From contig OZ245366.1 of assembly GCA_965226585.1 (NCBI GenBank), positions 1 to 64,000 on the forward strand: 64,000 bases of DNA, in the 5' to 3' direction. Below are positions 9,642 to 19,660 of the stretch, piece by piece. Below the pieces are notes generated by a model. That model was not told the origin of the DNA. It saw nothing but the letters and a program-made list of their open reading frames with translations, and made no database searches. Origin of the DNA: Thermodesulfobacteriota bacterium. Its GTDB lineage: Bacteria; Desulfobacterota_D; UBA1144; Nemesobacterales; Mycalebacteriaceae. Position numbers and translations under genes: made by a program. Numbering within the stretch: the stretch's first letter is position 1; every line of letters starts with the position of its first letter.

Positions 9642-11188
9642 GTTCTCTGTTTGCGTTTCTTTTTATCATCGGTCTGCTCGTGTTCGTGCACGAACTTGGG
9701 CACTTTGCAGTCGCCAAGTGGTGCGGGGTGAAGGTTGAACAGTTCTCGCTGGGATTCGGTCCGTCTCTTGTCTCCTTCTCGCGCGGGGAAACGGAATACA
9801 AGTTGTGCGTCCTGCCGTTTGGCGGCTATGTGCAAATGGCGGGCGAAGGCGGCGGCGGAGCGGTTTTTGTTGAAAACACAAGAGGGGAAACCCCGTTTGA
9901 GAAGGGAGACAGAATTATCTCAATTGACGGAGAGGATGTGGACGGGGATTCCTCGTGGAACGTTATCTCCGCGCCCCTGCGAGGACGGCGGGAAGAGATT
10001 GAGTTTTCCGTAACAAGGAAAGATTCCGACATCTCCTTTTCTGCAACTTCCGAACAGATAGGGCGCGTTGAGGCATATGCCGAGAGCGAATATCCGAGGG
10101 CTTTTTCAAACAAATCCGTATCGCGCAGAATGGCAATCGTAACGGCGGGTCCCCTTATGAACTTCCTGCTTCCGTTCCTTCTGCTTCCGGTCGCTTTCAT
10201 GTCCGGCGTGGCGGTTCCGGCATACACGGAGTCAGAGCCGGTTGCCGTAAAAAGCGCGGGCGAAGTGATACGAACCGGAGACAGAATAGTTTCGGTGGAC
10301 GGCAAAGCGGTGGCAACATGGAGCGAAGTTTCTTCCGCCCTGAGGGGAGCGGACGGAGAGGCGCGGCTTGAGATAGAGAGGAAAAACGGAAAACGCGAGG
10401 TTGTTGAAACCGCGAGGGAAAACATTTCTCCCGTTTTGATGGCGGAGATTAGAGAGCCGGTTATCGGGAGCGTGGCGGCGGGCTCGCCCGCGGCAAAAGC
10501 GGGAGTAAAGGCGGGCGACAGGGTTTTGAATGTCGCGGGCGGCGGGGTGAAAGACTGGGACTCTATGGCGGGCGTTATAAGGCAAAACGCCGGAAAAGAA
10601 ATATCTCTGACGCTGGAAAGAAACGGCGACAAGGTGAAAACCTTAGTTGTTCCGGCGGCGGCTCCGGGGGCGCGAAAGGCAATTATCGGGGTTACGTTGA
10701 AGCGGGATGAGACAATAAAAAAATTCGGATTTGTTGAGTCCGTAACAGGCGGAGTTTCGCGGGCGGCGGAGATGGTTATTCAGGTCGTGTCGCTTTTCTT
10801 CGCCCTTCTGTTCTCGCTTATCGGCGGGGAGATGTCTCTCGGACAGGCGGGCAAAACGGTGGCGGGTCCGCTCTTTATAGCGAAGATGTCCGGAGCGATG
10901 GCTCAGCAGGGAATCGCCGCGCTTTTGATGTTCGCGTCGTTTATAAGCGTGAACCTTGCCGTGGTGAACCTTCTGCCGATACCGGTGCTTGACGGCGGGC
11001 ACATAGTCTATCTGGGGATTGAAAGCGCGAGGGGAAAACCGCTTTCACGCGGCACGCTTGAAACCGCCCAGAGAATAGGTTTCTCACTGCTCATAACCAT
11101 CATGATAATCGCGACTTTTAATGATGTCTCAAACCTGTGGGGCGAGATATCGGAATTTCTGAAAAATCTGGTATCCCGTGTAGAATGA
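9638..11188 (+). CDS. rseP: RIP metalloprotease RseP
   Basis: HELGH zinc motif, PDZ-like segments, NLLPIPVLDGGH. Confidence 0.93.
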   Translation: MSSLFAFLFIIGLLVFVHELGHFAVAKWCGVKVEQFSLGFGPSLVSFSRGETEYKLCVLPFGGYVQMAGEGGGGAVFVENTRGETPFEKGDRIISIDGEDVDGDSSWNVISAPLRGRREEIEFSVTRKDSDISFSATSEQIGRVEAYAESEYPRAFSNKSVSRRMAIVTAGPLMNFLLPFLLLPVAFMSGVAVPAYTESEPVAVKSAGEVIRTGDRIVSVDGKAVATWSEVSSALRGADGEARLEIERKNGKREVVETARENISPVLMAEIREPVIGSVAAGSPAAKAGVKAGDRVLNVAGGGVKDWDSMAGVIRQNAGKEISLTLERNGDKVKTLVVPAAAPGARKAIIGVTLKRDETIKKFGFVESVTGGVSRAAEMVIQVVSLFFALLFSLIGGEMSLGQAGKTVAGPLFIAKMSGAMAQQGIAALLMFASFISVNLAVVNLLPIPVLDGGHIVYLGIESARGKPLSRGTLETAQRIGFSLLITIMIIATFNDVSNLWGEISEFLKNLVSRVE

Positions 11189-11192
11189 CGCG

Positions 11193-11612
11193 ATGAGCGA
11201 AAGAGATGAAATCCTTAGAGCCAACGACAGTTTCTACAACGCTCTCGGCACAAGAGACCTGGAGGCGATGAAAGACGTTTGGCTTACGGACGAAAGAGCG
11301 GGCTGCGTCCACCCCGGCTGGGCGATAATGAGAAACTGGGAAACCATAATGCAGAGCTGGGAAAGCCTGTTCGACCCTCAGGATCAGGTTGACATCAAAC
11401 TGTCCGATGTGTCGCTTGAGATAAACGGCGACATGGCGTGGGTAACCTGCATACAGGAGATGGTTTACATAAAAAGGGAGCCCGTAACTTTCAACATATC
11501 GCAGTCAACAAACATATTCAGAAGAGAGGGCGGACGCTGGGTTATGCTTATCCATCACGCCTCGCCGGTAATTGTGAGCAATTACAGGCCTGAAGTCGCC
11601 AACCTTCAGTAA
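11193..11612 (+). CDS. SnoaL-like / NTF2-fold protein
   Basis: ANDSFYNAL..DLEAMKDVW..CVHPGW..TNIFRREGGRWVMLIHHAS pattern. Confidence 0.85.
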   Translation: MSERDEILRANDSFYNALGTRDLEAMKDVWLTDERAGCVHPGWAIMRNWETIMQSWESLFDPQDQVDIKLSDVSLEINGDMAWVTCIQEMVYIKREPVTFNISQSTNIFRREGGRWVMLIHHASPVIVSNYRPEVANLQ

Positions 11613-11696
11613 TTTCCCGTTCCGCTGGTGAATTGCCGTTTCAGTTAGTGTATTATTAACCGCGCGCGGCGGAAACACGGGCGCGCCGGAGGAAAA

Positions 11697-12560
11697 ATGA
11701 GCGAAGAAAAAGAGACTTACATTTACGAACCGTTTGCCGAGACCAGCGAATACAAGAAGGTCAACGGCGAGATAATCACAGAATGGGTGAACACGATGGT
11801 CGAGCGGGGAACCGGAAGCGTTGACAAGATAATGGACATAGCGACCGGAGTGGGAACGATGGTTCAGCTGTTTGTGTCAAAACTTCCCGATCAGTTCAAT
11901 TACTCGGAAGTTATCTGCCTTGACCAGTCCGTTGAGGCTCTCAAAAGAGCGGCTGAGCGGCTTGAAGATTCCGTATCCAAAATGAGTTTCATCAACGCGA
12001 AGGTTCAGGACGCGGAGATAGAGAAAAACTCCATAGACATAGTAATCTGGGGCAACGGCATCCACTACCTCACAAAAGAGGAACAGACCGAAAGCCTGAC
12101 AAACCTGCGGGCGGGAATGAAGGAAGGCGGCTGGCTGTTTTTCAACACCGCTTTCTACGAAGGCTCGCGCCCTCAAGACACATTGTCGTTCTACCGCACT
12201 CAGGTAAAGAAGGCGGTTCAAAGCCTGCGCGAGCGCGGCATCAGCAGAGAGAAAGCGCACATACGGGCGGAGGCGGCAAGTTTCCACCCGAGAGAATACT
12301 ACGAAGAACTCGTGGGTTCCGCCGGTTTCAAACTTGTTGAGGCAAGCGAATACGCGGCAAACCTGAGCAAAGAGGCGTGGGAATACATCAGTTCCTTCCA
12401 GCAATACGCGGCGGGCGCGCTCGGCGGATACCCGGTTGAAGAGGCATCAGTGGCAATGAGAGACGCCGTTGCCCCGGCAATTGAAGAGCACGGCGGACGC
12501 GGAGAGAACGGCTCGCTTTTCGTAACAAGAAACTGGCTTTCAGTTTGCGCCCGCGCCTGA
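11697..12560 (+). CDS. Class I SAM-dependent methyltransferase
   Basis: Motif I MDIATGVG, then CLDQS and DIVIWGNGIHY; substrate unknown. Confidence 0.75.
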   Translation: MSEEKETYIYEPFAETSEYKKVNGEIITEWVNTMVERGTGSVDKIMDIATGVGTMVQLFVSKLPDQFNYSEVICLDQSVEALKRAAERLEDSVSKMSFINAKVQDAEIEKNSIDIVIWGNGIHYLTKEEQTESLTNLRAGMKEGGWLFFNTAFYEGSRPQDTLSFYRTQVKKAVQSLRERGISREKAHIRAEAASFHPREYYEELVGSAGFKLVEASEYAANLSKEAWEYISSFQQYAAGALGGYPVEEASVAMRDAVAPAIEEHGGRGENGSLFVTRNWLSVCARA

Positions 12561-12573
12561 TGAGGTTTCCCGC

Positions 12574-13098
12574 TTATGCGGGAGGCTTGATTTGGAGCGG
12601 CTGTCCTGAAACAAGCAGACAGGCGCGGTCTGATAACGACACAATCCGCCTGTTGAGTTCGGACAGATTCGCCGCATATTCGCGCGTCTGTTTTTCGGGC
12701 GGCACTATTCCCATTCCCGTTTCGTTTGTAACCGCTATCACAACCCCGCTGAAACTCTCAAAAACTCGCGCGAAATCGTCTTTCATCTTCTCGCTTTCCT
12801 TCTCGCGCGCGATGTTGCACATCCACACGGTCAGGCAGTCAACAACCGCACAGCAATGCGGACTGCCGGCAAACTCCGCAAGTGTTTCCGCGAGGCGCAT
12901 GGGTTCCTCAACCGTTTTGAAATCATCGCCGCGCTCCTCTCTGTGCCGCTCTATCTTGCGAGTCATCTCGTCATCAAAAGGTGTGGCCGTGGCGATAAAA
13001 ACCCGCTCCGTACACCCGGCGGCTCTGCGGGCGAGGTCAAGGGCGTACGCGCTTTTACCGCTGCCGCATCCGCCCGTGAGAACTATCCTTTCTCCCAC
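12574..13098 (-). CDS. cobU: Adenosylcobinamide kinase / cobinamide-phosphate guanylyltransferase
   Basis: GGCGSGKS P-loop, IATA..DDEM..IERHREER, VDCLTVW, VTNETGMGIVP. Confidence 0.93.
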   Translation of the reverse strand: MGERIVLTGGCGSGKSAYALDLARRAAGCTERVFIATATPFDDEMTRKIERHREERGDDFKTVEEPMRLAETLAEFAGSPHCCAVVDCLTVWMCNIAREKESEKMKDDFARVFESFSGVVIAVTNETGMGIVPPEKQTREYAANLSELNRRIVSLSDRACLLVSGQPLQIKPPA

Positions 13099-13835
13099 TT
13101 TTCAATCTCCCTTTCCACAATTTCCTTTGACTTGAAAAAGTCGTCTTCGCAAAACAGCTCAATAGTCAGCACCCCTGAGTATTCGCTCTCAACAAGGGCG
13201 CGAGTAACGGCGGAAACAAAACCGAGCGGCGCGTGCTGAAGCCCCAGATGCCTGTCCGAACCGGCGGGGTCCGGGGCGTAAAGATGCACAACTCCGGTTT
13301 TGCCCGCAAAACTCCGGTATATCTCCCGCCAGTCGTCTCCCGCTTTGTGGGCGTGCCCCGTGTCAAGGCACAGCTGCGCTCCGGTTTGCTCAAAAACCGG
13401 GACAAGACGGCTGAAAGGATAGGTGAGGTTTTCAACAAACACATCGGCGCGGGCGCGGGAAATCAAGCGGTCAACCGCACGGCAAGCCCGCTCCGTCCAG
13501 CCTTCGCCCTCTCCGCCCGGAAGGTGAAGCACAAAGCCGCGAGGCTCAAGCGTTGCGGCAAGGTCTGTTATCTCCTCCGCCCTTTTGAGGGAAAAAACCC
13601 TGAACTCCGGGTCGGCGGAGCAGACATCTATATCAAGGGGCAAGTGAACGGTGTATGAAAAACCGCCCGAAGCGGATATTTCCCGCAGGCGTGAAATGTC
13701 GGCGCGGGTTGGCAGAACCTCTCTGTCCGCGCCCTCAAATATCAGCAGTTCAACATCTTCGGTAACTCCGCAAAGACGCTCGGCGTTTGAAACCGCGTCT
13801 GCCGGATAAACGTAGGAGGTGCAACCCAGTTTCAA
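13083..13835 (-). CDS. cbiR: Cobamide-remodelling phosphodiesterase CbiR-like (AP endonuclease 2 / TIM barrel)
   Basis: LGCTSYVYP, VELLIFE, YTVHLPLD, VENL, CLDTGH, VHL, DRH and TIELF metal-ligand pattern; lies between cobS and cobU. Confidence 0.78.
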   Translation of the reverse strand: MKLGCTSYVYPADAVSNAERLCGVTEDVELLIFEGADREVLPTRADISRLREISASGGFSYTVHLPLDIDVCSADPEFRVFSLKRAEEITDLAATLEPRGFVLHLPGGEGEGWTERACRAVDRLISRARADVFVENLTYPFSRLVPVFEQTGAQLCLDTGHAHKAGDDWREIYRSFAGKTGVVHLYAPDPAGSDRHLGLQHAPLGFVSAVTRALVESEYSGVLTIELFCEDDFFKSKEIVEREIEKWEKG

Positions 13836-14587
13836 AGCATCTTACCGGCGACAATAAACCCGGCGACCTCGCACAGTTCAATCATCGCGCCGTGAACATC
13901 GCCGGTCGGCTCACCAAAGGCGGACCTGAAAAACATGAGAAGAAAAAACGCCGCGACAGACACGACTATCGCAAGCCCCGCGCCGCCGAAGCCGCCAAGA
14001 ACAAACGCCGCCGCGAAAGCGACAGCCGCCGTGCGGAGAAGAATTTCCCCGTCTCCGCCGAATCTGAAAAAACCGCCAAGCCCTTCGCTTGAATCGCTTT
14101 CGGACATATAGGCGATAAGAGCCGGGGCAAACCGCGCGACCGCCGGAACCACAACAAGGGCGGTGATGAAAGATTCGGGGGAAACCGAGCCCAGAGCGAC
14201 CGTTTTTGCCGCGATAACAAAAGCAACCGCCGCCGCCCCGAAAGCTCCGAGCGATTTGTCTTTCATCACGGAAAGCGCCTTCTCCCTGTCGCCGTAGTAA
14301 TGGAGAGCATCAAAGCAGTCTCCCACTCCGTCAAGGTGAAGCCCGCGAGTTGCAACTGCCAAAGCCGCCACCGCGAGAGCGGCAAGGGCGAAAGTTGAAC
14401 TGACAAAAAGCGAGGAAGCAACCACCACAGCCGCGCTCACGGCTCCGGCAACAATTCCCGCGGCGGGAAAAAACGGCAAAGCCGCAGCGGAGTTTTCACG
14501 GTTGAGTTCGCCGCCATCCCCGCCAATTCTGAAAATTGTGAGAAACCGCACGGCGGTTTTGAAGCCTTCAATATCGTAACCTTTCAT
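13832..14587 (-). CDS. cobS: Cobamide 5'-phosphate synthase
   Basis: AVRFLT, TRGLHLDGVGDCFD, VMKD..GAFG, FGEPTGDVHGA; start uncertain (14587 or 14608). Confidence 0.92.
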   Translation of the reverse strand: MKGYDIEGFKTAVRFLTIFRIGGDGGELNRENSAAALPFFPAAGIVAGAVSAAVVVASSLFVSSTFALAALAVAALAVATRGLHLDGVGDCFDALHYYGDREKALSVMKDKSLGAFGAAAVAFVIAAKTVALGSVSPESFITALVVVPAVARFAPALIAYMSESDSSEGLGGFFRFGGDGEILLRTAAVAFAAAFVLGGFGGAGLAIVVSVAAFFLLMFFRSAFGEPTGDVHGAMIELCEVAGFIVAGKML

Positions 14588-14634
14588 AACGGTAGGAAAT
14601 GATAACAAAAGAAGACGGTATTTGCGACAGCCGC

Positions 14635-15693
14635 CTACCCTTTTGAAACGCCCGCGCTTTCAAAAGTTGCCATGCGGTTGAAAAGTTTTACCGCCCCTTC
14701 AATAACGGAAAACATTATCAGCGCGCCCGTGCCTTCGCCAAGACGCATACCAAAATCCATGCGCGCCCTCGCCCCAAGCAGATTCAGGGTTTTCGCGTGT
14801 CCGCGCTCGGAACTTTTGTGCGAAAAAAACAGATAGTCGCGCGCGGCGGGGGCTATTCCAAGCGCGAGGCACATTCCCGCCGTGGAAATAAACCCGTCCA
14901 CCACAACGGGAATCCGGCGGGCGGCAAGGCCGATTGCCATTCCCGCTATCGCCCCTATCTCAAAACCGCCCACTTTCGCGAGAACGTCCATCGCTGGGGC
15001 GGGAGAGCCGGAGGGAAAATGTTTTTTGAGGGCGCGGGCAACAACACGGGTTTTTTTCTCCACGCCCGGGCGGGAAAGCCCCGCTCCCGCGCCGACAATC
15101 TGTTCGGGCGAAACACCGAAAGTGGCGCACACAACCGCCGCCGCCGCCGAGGTGTTCGCTATTCCCATGTCTCCCGGAGCGGCCATTTGGCAGCCCTTGT
15201 CGGCGAGGTCAAAGGCGACTTCAATTCCGGCTTCCACCGCCGCCGCCGCCTGTTTTTTTGTCATCGCCGGGCTTTTCAGAAAATTGCGCGTTCCCTTCGC
15301 AACCTTTTTTGATATCACCCCCGAAGAGCGCGGAAAATCAAAATCCACTCCCGCGTCCACTACAAAAATGTCCGCGCCCGCGTGACGGGCGAGAACGGAA
15401 GCCGCCGCGCCGCCTGAGAGAAAGTTGCCAACCATCTGCCGGGTAACCTCTTTTGGAAAAGCGCTTACGCCCTCGGCTTCAATCCCATGATCGCCCGCGA
15501 ATATCACAACCGCTTTTTTGCCCACAGACGGACGCGCGCGCCCCGTAACGGCGCATATCCTTGCCGCGATGTCTTCAAGAGCCCCAAGACTTCCGGGCGG
15601 TTTTATGAGCGAGTCGCAACGCACGGCGGCTCTTTTATAAGCGTCAGGGTCGGGGGCGGCAATGGATGAAACCGCCTTTTCTATAAGTTTCAT
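14635..15693 (-). CDS. cobT: Nicotinate-nucleotide-dimethylbenzimidazole phosphoribosyltransferase
   Basis: KPPGSLGALE, FAGDHGI..GVSAFP, GDMGIANT, GGFEI, VDGFI, MRLGEGTG, MATFESAGV. Confidence 0.95.
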   Translation of the reverse strand: MKLIEKAVSSIAAPDPDAYKRAAVRCDSLIKPPGSLGALEDIAARICAVTGRARPSVGKKAVVIFAGDHGIEAEGVSAFPKEVTRQMVGNFLSGGAAASVLARHAGADIFVVDAGVDFDFPRSSGVISKKVAKGTRNFLKSPAMTKKQAAAAVEAGIEVAFDLADKGCQMAAPGDMGIANTSAAAAVVCATFGVSPEQIVGAGAGLSRPGVEKKTRVVARALKKHFPSGSPAPAMDVLAKVGGFEIGAIAGMAIGLAARRIPVVVDGFISTAGMCLALGIAPAARDYLFFSHKSSERGHAKTLNLLGARARMDFGMRLGEGTGALIMFSVIEGAVKLFNRMATFESAGVSKG

Positions 15694-15714
15694 TTCAGGC
15701 GGATGAGACGGGTT

Positions 15715-16611
15715 TTACGCTCCGTCGCGGGCGCGGGTGGATATTGAGGACACTTTCACGATGGCAAGCACAATCGCCGCGGCGATAACTATTTGAGGCA
15801 GAAATGTCTCGTAGGTCGGGTATATGCCGAGGAAACTCAGGCGGGGAACAAAATCGGCAACCGTCTCGGAAACAAGACCCGCTTCCTGAAGTTCATGCAC
15901 CCCTTTTCCGGCAAGCGTGAAGCTGAATGCGTAGAGAGCGAAACCGGTTACCGAGAACACATAGCGCACGGGCAGGCGGATAGAGAACTTGAATATCGCG
16001 AACGCCAGAACGCTTACAACCGCCGCGCCCACCGCAAGACCCCACAGGATAAGACTTGTGGACGATTCCGCCTGAAAAAGAAGCGCGTGGTAGAAAAGCA
16101 CGGTTTCAAGAGCCTCGCGATAAACGGCGAAAAACGCGACCATCATAATCGCCGCCTTGTTCTTCGCCCCGGTCGCCTCTTTGATTTTGGATTCTATGTA
16201 GCGTTTCCACTTGCCGACTTCCACTTTTGATATCAGCCAGTAACTGACGTAGAAAAGCACCGCCGCCGCGAGAAGAGAGGTTATCCCCTCTATCATCTCC
16301 GCCTGAGCGTCCGTGATTCTGATAATCGTTACAGACACCCACCAGGTTGCGAAACCCGCGACTATCGCCCCAGCCCAGCCGAAATGCACGAACCTTACGG
16401 AGCTTTTCGCCCCCATTGAGGAAAGCGCGGCAATGATGGCGGCGATGATGAAAACCGCTTCAAGAGACTCGCGAACTATGATTGAGAAGGAACTGACAAA
16501 AACCATCGCCCCCGTGGCAGACATCGCGGAAGTATCGGGGGAGGCAAACACCTCCGGCGCGGCGAGAAAAGATGCAAAAATAAAGGCTGATTTGAAAAGA
16601 AATGACTTCAT
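15715..16611 (-). CDS. FTR1/EfeU-family iron permease, copy 1
   Basis: Two RExxE motifs (RESLE, REALE) in a multi-TM protein; GKGVHELQEAG. Confidence 0.88.
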   Translation of the reverse strand: MKSFLFKSAFIFASFLAAPEVFASPDTSAMSATGAMVFVSSFSIIVRESLEAVFIIAAIIAALSSMGAKSSVRFVHFGWAGAIVAGFATWWVSVTIIRITDAQAEMIEGITSLLAAAVLFYVSYWLISKVEVGKWKRYIESKIKEATGAKNKAAIMMVAFFAVYREALETVLFYHALLFQAESSTSLILWGLAVGAAVVSVLAFAIFKFSIRLPVRYVFSVTGFALYAFSFTLAGKGVHELQEAGLVSETVADFVPRLSFLGIYPTYETFLPQIVIAAAIVLAIVKVSSISTRARDGA

Positions 16612-16643
16612 CTATACCGCTCCCGAAACAGGTGAGTTGCGCT

Positions 16644-16671
16644 AATCTATATTACAGACCCTCAATGTCAA
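16644..16671 (-). promoter_or_regulatory. Putative promoter of FTR1 copy 1
   Basis: TTGACA-16 nt-TAGATT; preceded by AATTC as in the copy 2 promoter. Confidence 0.5.
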
Positions 16672-16744
16672 GAATTGTTGTGAAAAATTATTTTTGTTGC
16701 GGAAAAAACCCGTTTTGCCCTCTCTCCGGCAAGGGCGGAACGAA

Positions 16745-16774
16745 GAAAAGGCGGTGATAAATCACCGCCTTTTC
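16745..16774 (-). terminator. Intrinsic terminator after FTR1 copy 2 (possibly bidirectional)
   Basis: Perfect inverted repeat GAAAAGGCGGTGAT-AA-ATCACCGCCTTTTC with T-tracts on both strands. Confidence 0.75.
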
Positions 16775-16806
16775 AAGAAATTTTCGTTTGGAGACAGTCC
16801 GCCGGA

Positions 16807-17724
16807 TTACGGTTTGACCGCCGCGCGGGAAGGCGGAAAAAACACCTTCGCGGCAAAACCGGCAATCACCGCGGCGATAACCATCTGAGGCAGAAACGTC
16901 TCGTAGGTCGGGTATATGCCGAGCAAACTCACGGTTGGAACAAAACCGGCAACCGTTTCGGAAACAACCCCCGCCATCTGGAGTTCATGAATACCTTTTC
17001 CGATAAGCATGAAACTGAGCGCGTAGAGAATGAAACTCGCCGCTGTGAACACATAGCGCGAGGGCAGGCGGACGGAAAATCTGAGTATCGTGAGCGCCAG
17101 AATTCCCGCAACCGCAGTGCCGGACAAAAGCCCCCAGAATACAAGCGTTGTGTTTGCTTCCGCCCGCATAAGAAGCGCGTGGTAGAAAAGCACCGTCTCA
17201 AACGCCTCGCGATAGACCGTAAAGAAGATTGCCGTTATTATGGCAAATTTGCTTTTTATTTTGGCTCCTCCGTTGGCTCTGGAATCCACATAGTGCTTCC
17301 ACTTGCCGTAGCGTTCACCGTTGCCGGCTTGCGCTTTTGATACCATCCGGTAACTGACGTAGAAAAGCACCGCCGCCGCGAGAACGGAGTTTGCTCCCTC
17401 CATCGCCAAAGCCTGAGCATCTGTAAATTTCAAAACCCTGAGAGACAGCCACCACGTTGCGAAACCGGCGGCAAGAGCCGCCACCCAGCCAATGTGCACA
17501 AACTTCATGAAACGTTTCGCGCCCATTGAGGAAAGCGCGGCGACTACGGCGGCGACTACGACAACCGCCTCCAGCGACTCGCGGATTATGATTGAGAAGG
17601 AACCGGCAAACGCCAGCGCCCCTGCAACACTCACTTTGGAGAGTTCAACATAGGCAAACGCCTCCGGCGCGACAAAGAGCGTCGCGCACACGAACAATAC
17701 TGATTTGGAAAGAAAATTCGACAT
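16807..17724 (-). CDS. FTR1/EfeU-family iron permease, copy 2
   Basis: RESLE and REAFE motifs; clear paralogue of copy 1 (LGIYPTYETFLPQ shared); ATG at 17724. Confidence 0.88.
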   Translation of the reverse strand: MSNFLSKSVLFVCATLFVAPEAFAYVELSKVSVAGALAFAGSFSIIIRESLEAVVVVAAVVAALSSMGAKRFMKFVHIGWVAALAAGFATWWLSLRVLKFTDAQALAMEGANSVLAAAVLFYVSYRMVSKAQAGNGERYGKWKHYVDSRANGGAKIKSKFAIITAIFFTVYREAFETVLFYHALLMRAEANTTLVFWGLLSGTAVAGILALTILRFSVRLPSRYVFTAASFILYALSFMLIGKGIHELQMAGVVSETVAGFVPTVSLLGIYPTYETFLPQMVIAAVIAGFAAKVFFPPSRAAVKP

Positions 17725-17759
17725 CTCAAATACCCCCTTGGTTTTCTTACCCAAGATTT

Positions 17760-17787
17760 AGCATAAGTAATGGACATATCTTGTCAA
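17760..17787 (-). promoter_or_regulatory. Putative promoter of FTR1 copy 2
   Basis: TTGACA-16 nt-TATGCT with an AT-rich upstream segment TTTGAAAATAATTC. Confidence 0.5.
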
Positions 17788-17857
17788 GAATTATTTTCAA
17801 AAATTTTTCCTGCCGCCGTTTTTGCAAATAAACCCGTTTCAATTATCTTTAACCCCT

Positions 17858-19660
17858 ATGAAACAGTCCTACGGAAGTTTCGCCCGCGTTTCCGCGAAGC
17901 AGTGGAAACAGGCGATTGAAAAAGACCTGAAAGGCGCGGACTACAACAAAAAGCTTGTCTGGAAACCGGTGGAAGGCGTTGAGGTTCAGCCCTTCTACTG
18001 CGACACAGACGGGGCGGCTCTGTTTCCCGCCTCCGCTCCGGGAGTGTTTCCTTTCACAAGAGACGGCTCGCGCTGGAAGATATGCGAAGACATACCTCCC
18101 CTGCCCGCAGACAAGGCGGCGGCTCTGGCGGGAGAAGCGACAGAAGGCGGAGCCGACCGGGTTCTGTTCAGAATGCCTGAACCGGTTTCAGGCGCGAAAC
18201 TGAAAAAACTGCTCTCAAGTGTGGACACCGCGAAAACGGGCGTCTGCTTTGACCCCTCGGAACAGAAAGACGGAGGGCTGAAACAGGCGGCGGAACTTAT
18301 CAAAAGCGCGGGAAAGGGGAAACTCAAAGACGGATTCATACTGTGCGACCCGCTGGGGCTTGAGGTCTGGGGGGAAGCGGGAAGAGCGCGGGCAAACGCC
18401 GCCGTGAAGAAACTGGCGCAAACAGTTTCCCTTTATAAGGAAAACGCCCCCGGATACCGCTGTATTGGAGCGGGCGGTTTTCACGGCGAAGGGGCGGACG
18501 CGGTTGAAGAAGCGGCTTTCGCGCTCGCCCTTGGAGCCGAATACCTTGTTCTGCTCAAAGAAAACGGCGTTTCCACAAAAGCGGCGGCAAACGCCGTTGT
18601 GTTTCATTTCAGCGCGGGCTCCCTGTTTTTCGTTGAGGCGGCAAAACTCCGCGCCGCTCGCGCCGTGTGGGCGCACATAGTTGAGAAGTTCGACCGCCGC
18701 GCGGACGCGAGGATGAGAACACACGTCTCTTCATCGCGCCTGAACAAACCCGTCTGCGATTCCGAAGTGAACATACTGCGCTCAACCGGCGAGGCGATGG
18801 CGGCGATAACGGGAGGATGCGATTCCCTTTCCATCACGGCTTATGACGGCGGATACAATCCGGGAGACTCAAAGTCTCAGGCGGTGGCGCGGAACACACA
18901 ACTGATATTGCGGCACGAATGCGGATTCGGGCACGTTTCCGACCCTTGCGGAGGGTCTTACTACACAGACGCGCTGACAGACAAAATCGCGCGCGCCGCG
19001 TTTGAACTGTTTCTTGAGATTGAGAGCAAGGGCGGTTTCCTCAAATGCGCCCGAAGCGGCTTTATAAAAGAGCGGCTTGAAAAGAGCGCGGAGGAGAGGG
19101 AAAACAGGGTTGCCGCCGGAAAAGAGGCGATTATCGGTGTCAACAGATACCCGATTGAGGGCGAGAGAATAGCGGCAAGAGTAAAACGCGCCGGAGCGCG
19201 GGGGGCGGGAAAAGAGTTTGAAAAAATACGGGCGGCGACTGAAAAACACGCGAAGAAAAAAGGAAGATTCCCGTCATGCTTTCTCGTAAAAACCGGAGAC
19301 CCGGCAATGAGCAGCGCGCGGGCGGTTTTCTCGGTAAATTTCTTCTCGGCGGCGGGATTTGAGATAATTGACGGCGGTTTCTTCACCTCCGCCGCAAAAG
19401 CGGCAACGGAGGCGGCAAAAAGCCGCGCCGATGTGTTTGCCGTCTGCTCTGAGGATTCAAACTACGCTGTTTTTGCCCCGGCGTTTGCCCGCGCTCTCAA
19501 AAAGAAAAGGAAAAAATCCATCATCGCCGTAATGGGAAACCCCGGTGAGGAAGGCGGAAGCAAATGCGAAAAAGCGGGAGTTGAAGAGGTCATCAACATA
19601 CGTTCAAACATTCTCAACACCTTGAAACGGATACTGAAAAACTCAGGGGTGAAACTGTGA
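17858..19660 (+). CDS. mutA: Methylmalonyl-CoA mutase small (beta) subunit
   Basis: [43 protein letters not shown]; lacks the DxHxxG motif. Confidence 0.88.
   Translation: MKQSYGSFARVSAKQWKQAIEKDLKGADYNKKLVWKPVEGVEVQPFYCDTDGAALFPASAPGVFPFTRDGSRWKICEDIPPLPADKAAALAGEATEGGADRVLFRMPEPVSGAKLKKLLSSVDTAKTGVCFDPSEQKDGGLKQAAELIKSAGKGKLKDGFILCDPLGLEVWGEAGRARANAAVKKLAQTVSLYKENAPGYRCIGAGGFHGEGADAVEEAAFALALGAEYLVLLKENGVSTKAAANAVVFHFSAGSLFFVEAAKLRAARAVWAHIVEKFDRRADARMRTHVSSSRLNKPVCDSEVNILRSTGEAMAAITGGCDSLSITAYDGGYNPGDSKSQAVARNTQLILRHECGFGHVSDPCGGSYYTDALTDKIARAAFELFLEIESKGGFLKCARSGFIKERLEKSAEERENRVAAGKEAIIGVNRYPIEGERIAARVKRAGARGAGKEFEKIRAATEKHAKKKGRFPSCFLVKTGDPAMSSARAVFSVNFFSAAGFEIIDGGFFTSAAKAATEAAKSRADVFAVCSEDSNYAVFAPAFARALKKKRKKSIIAVMGNPGEEGGSKCEKAGVEEVINIRSNILNTLKRILKNSGVKL

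Noticed and set aside
16612..17857. Cobalamin riboswitch in the intergenic regions near the cob and mut genes
   Set aside because: The intergenic regions are short and I found no B12-box-like sequence, only promoters and a terminator
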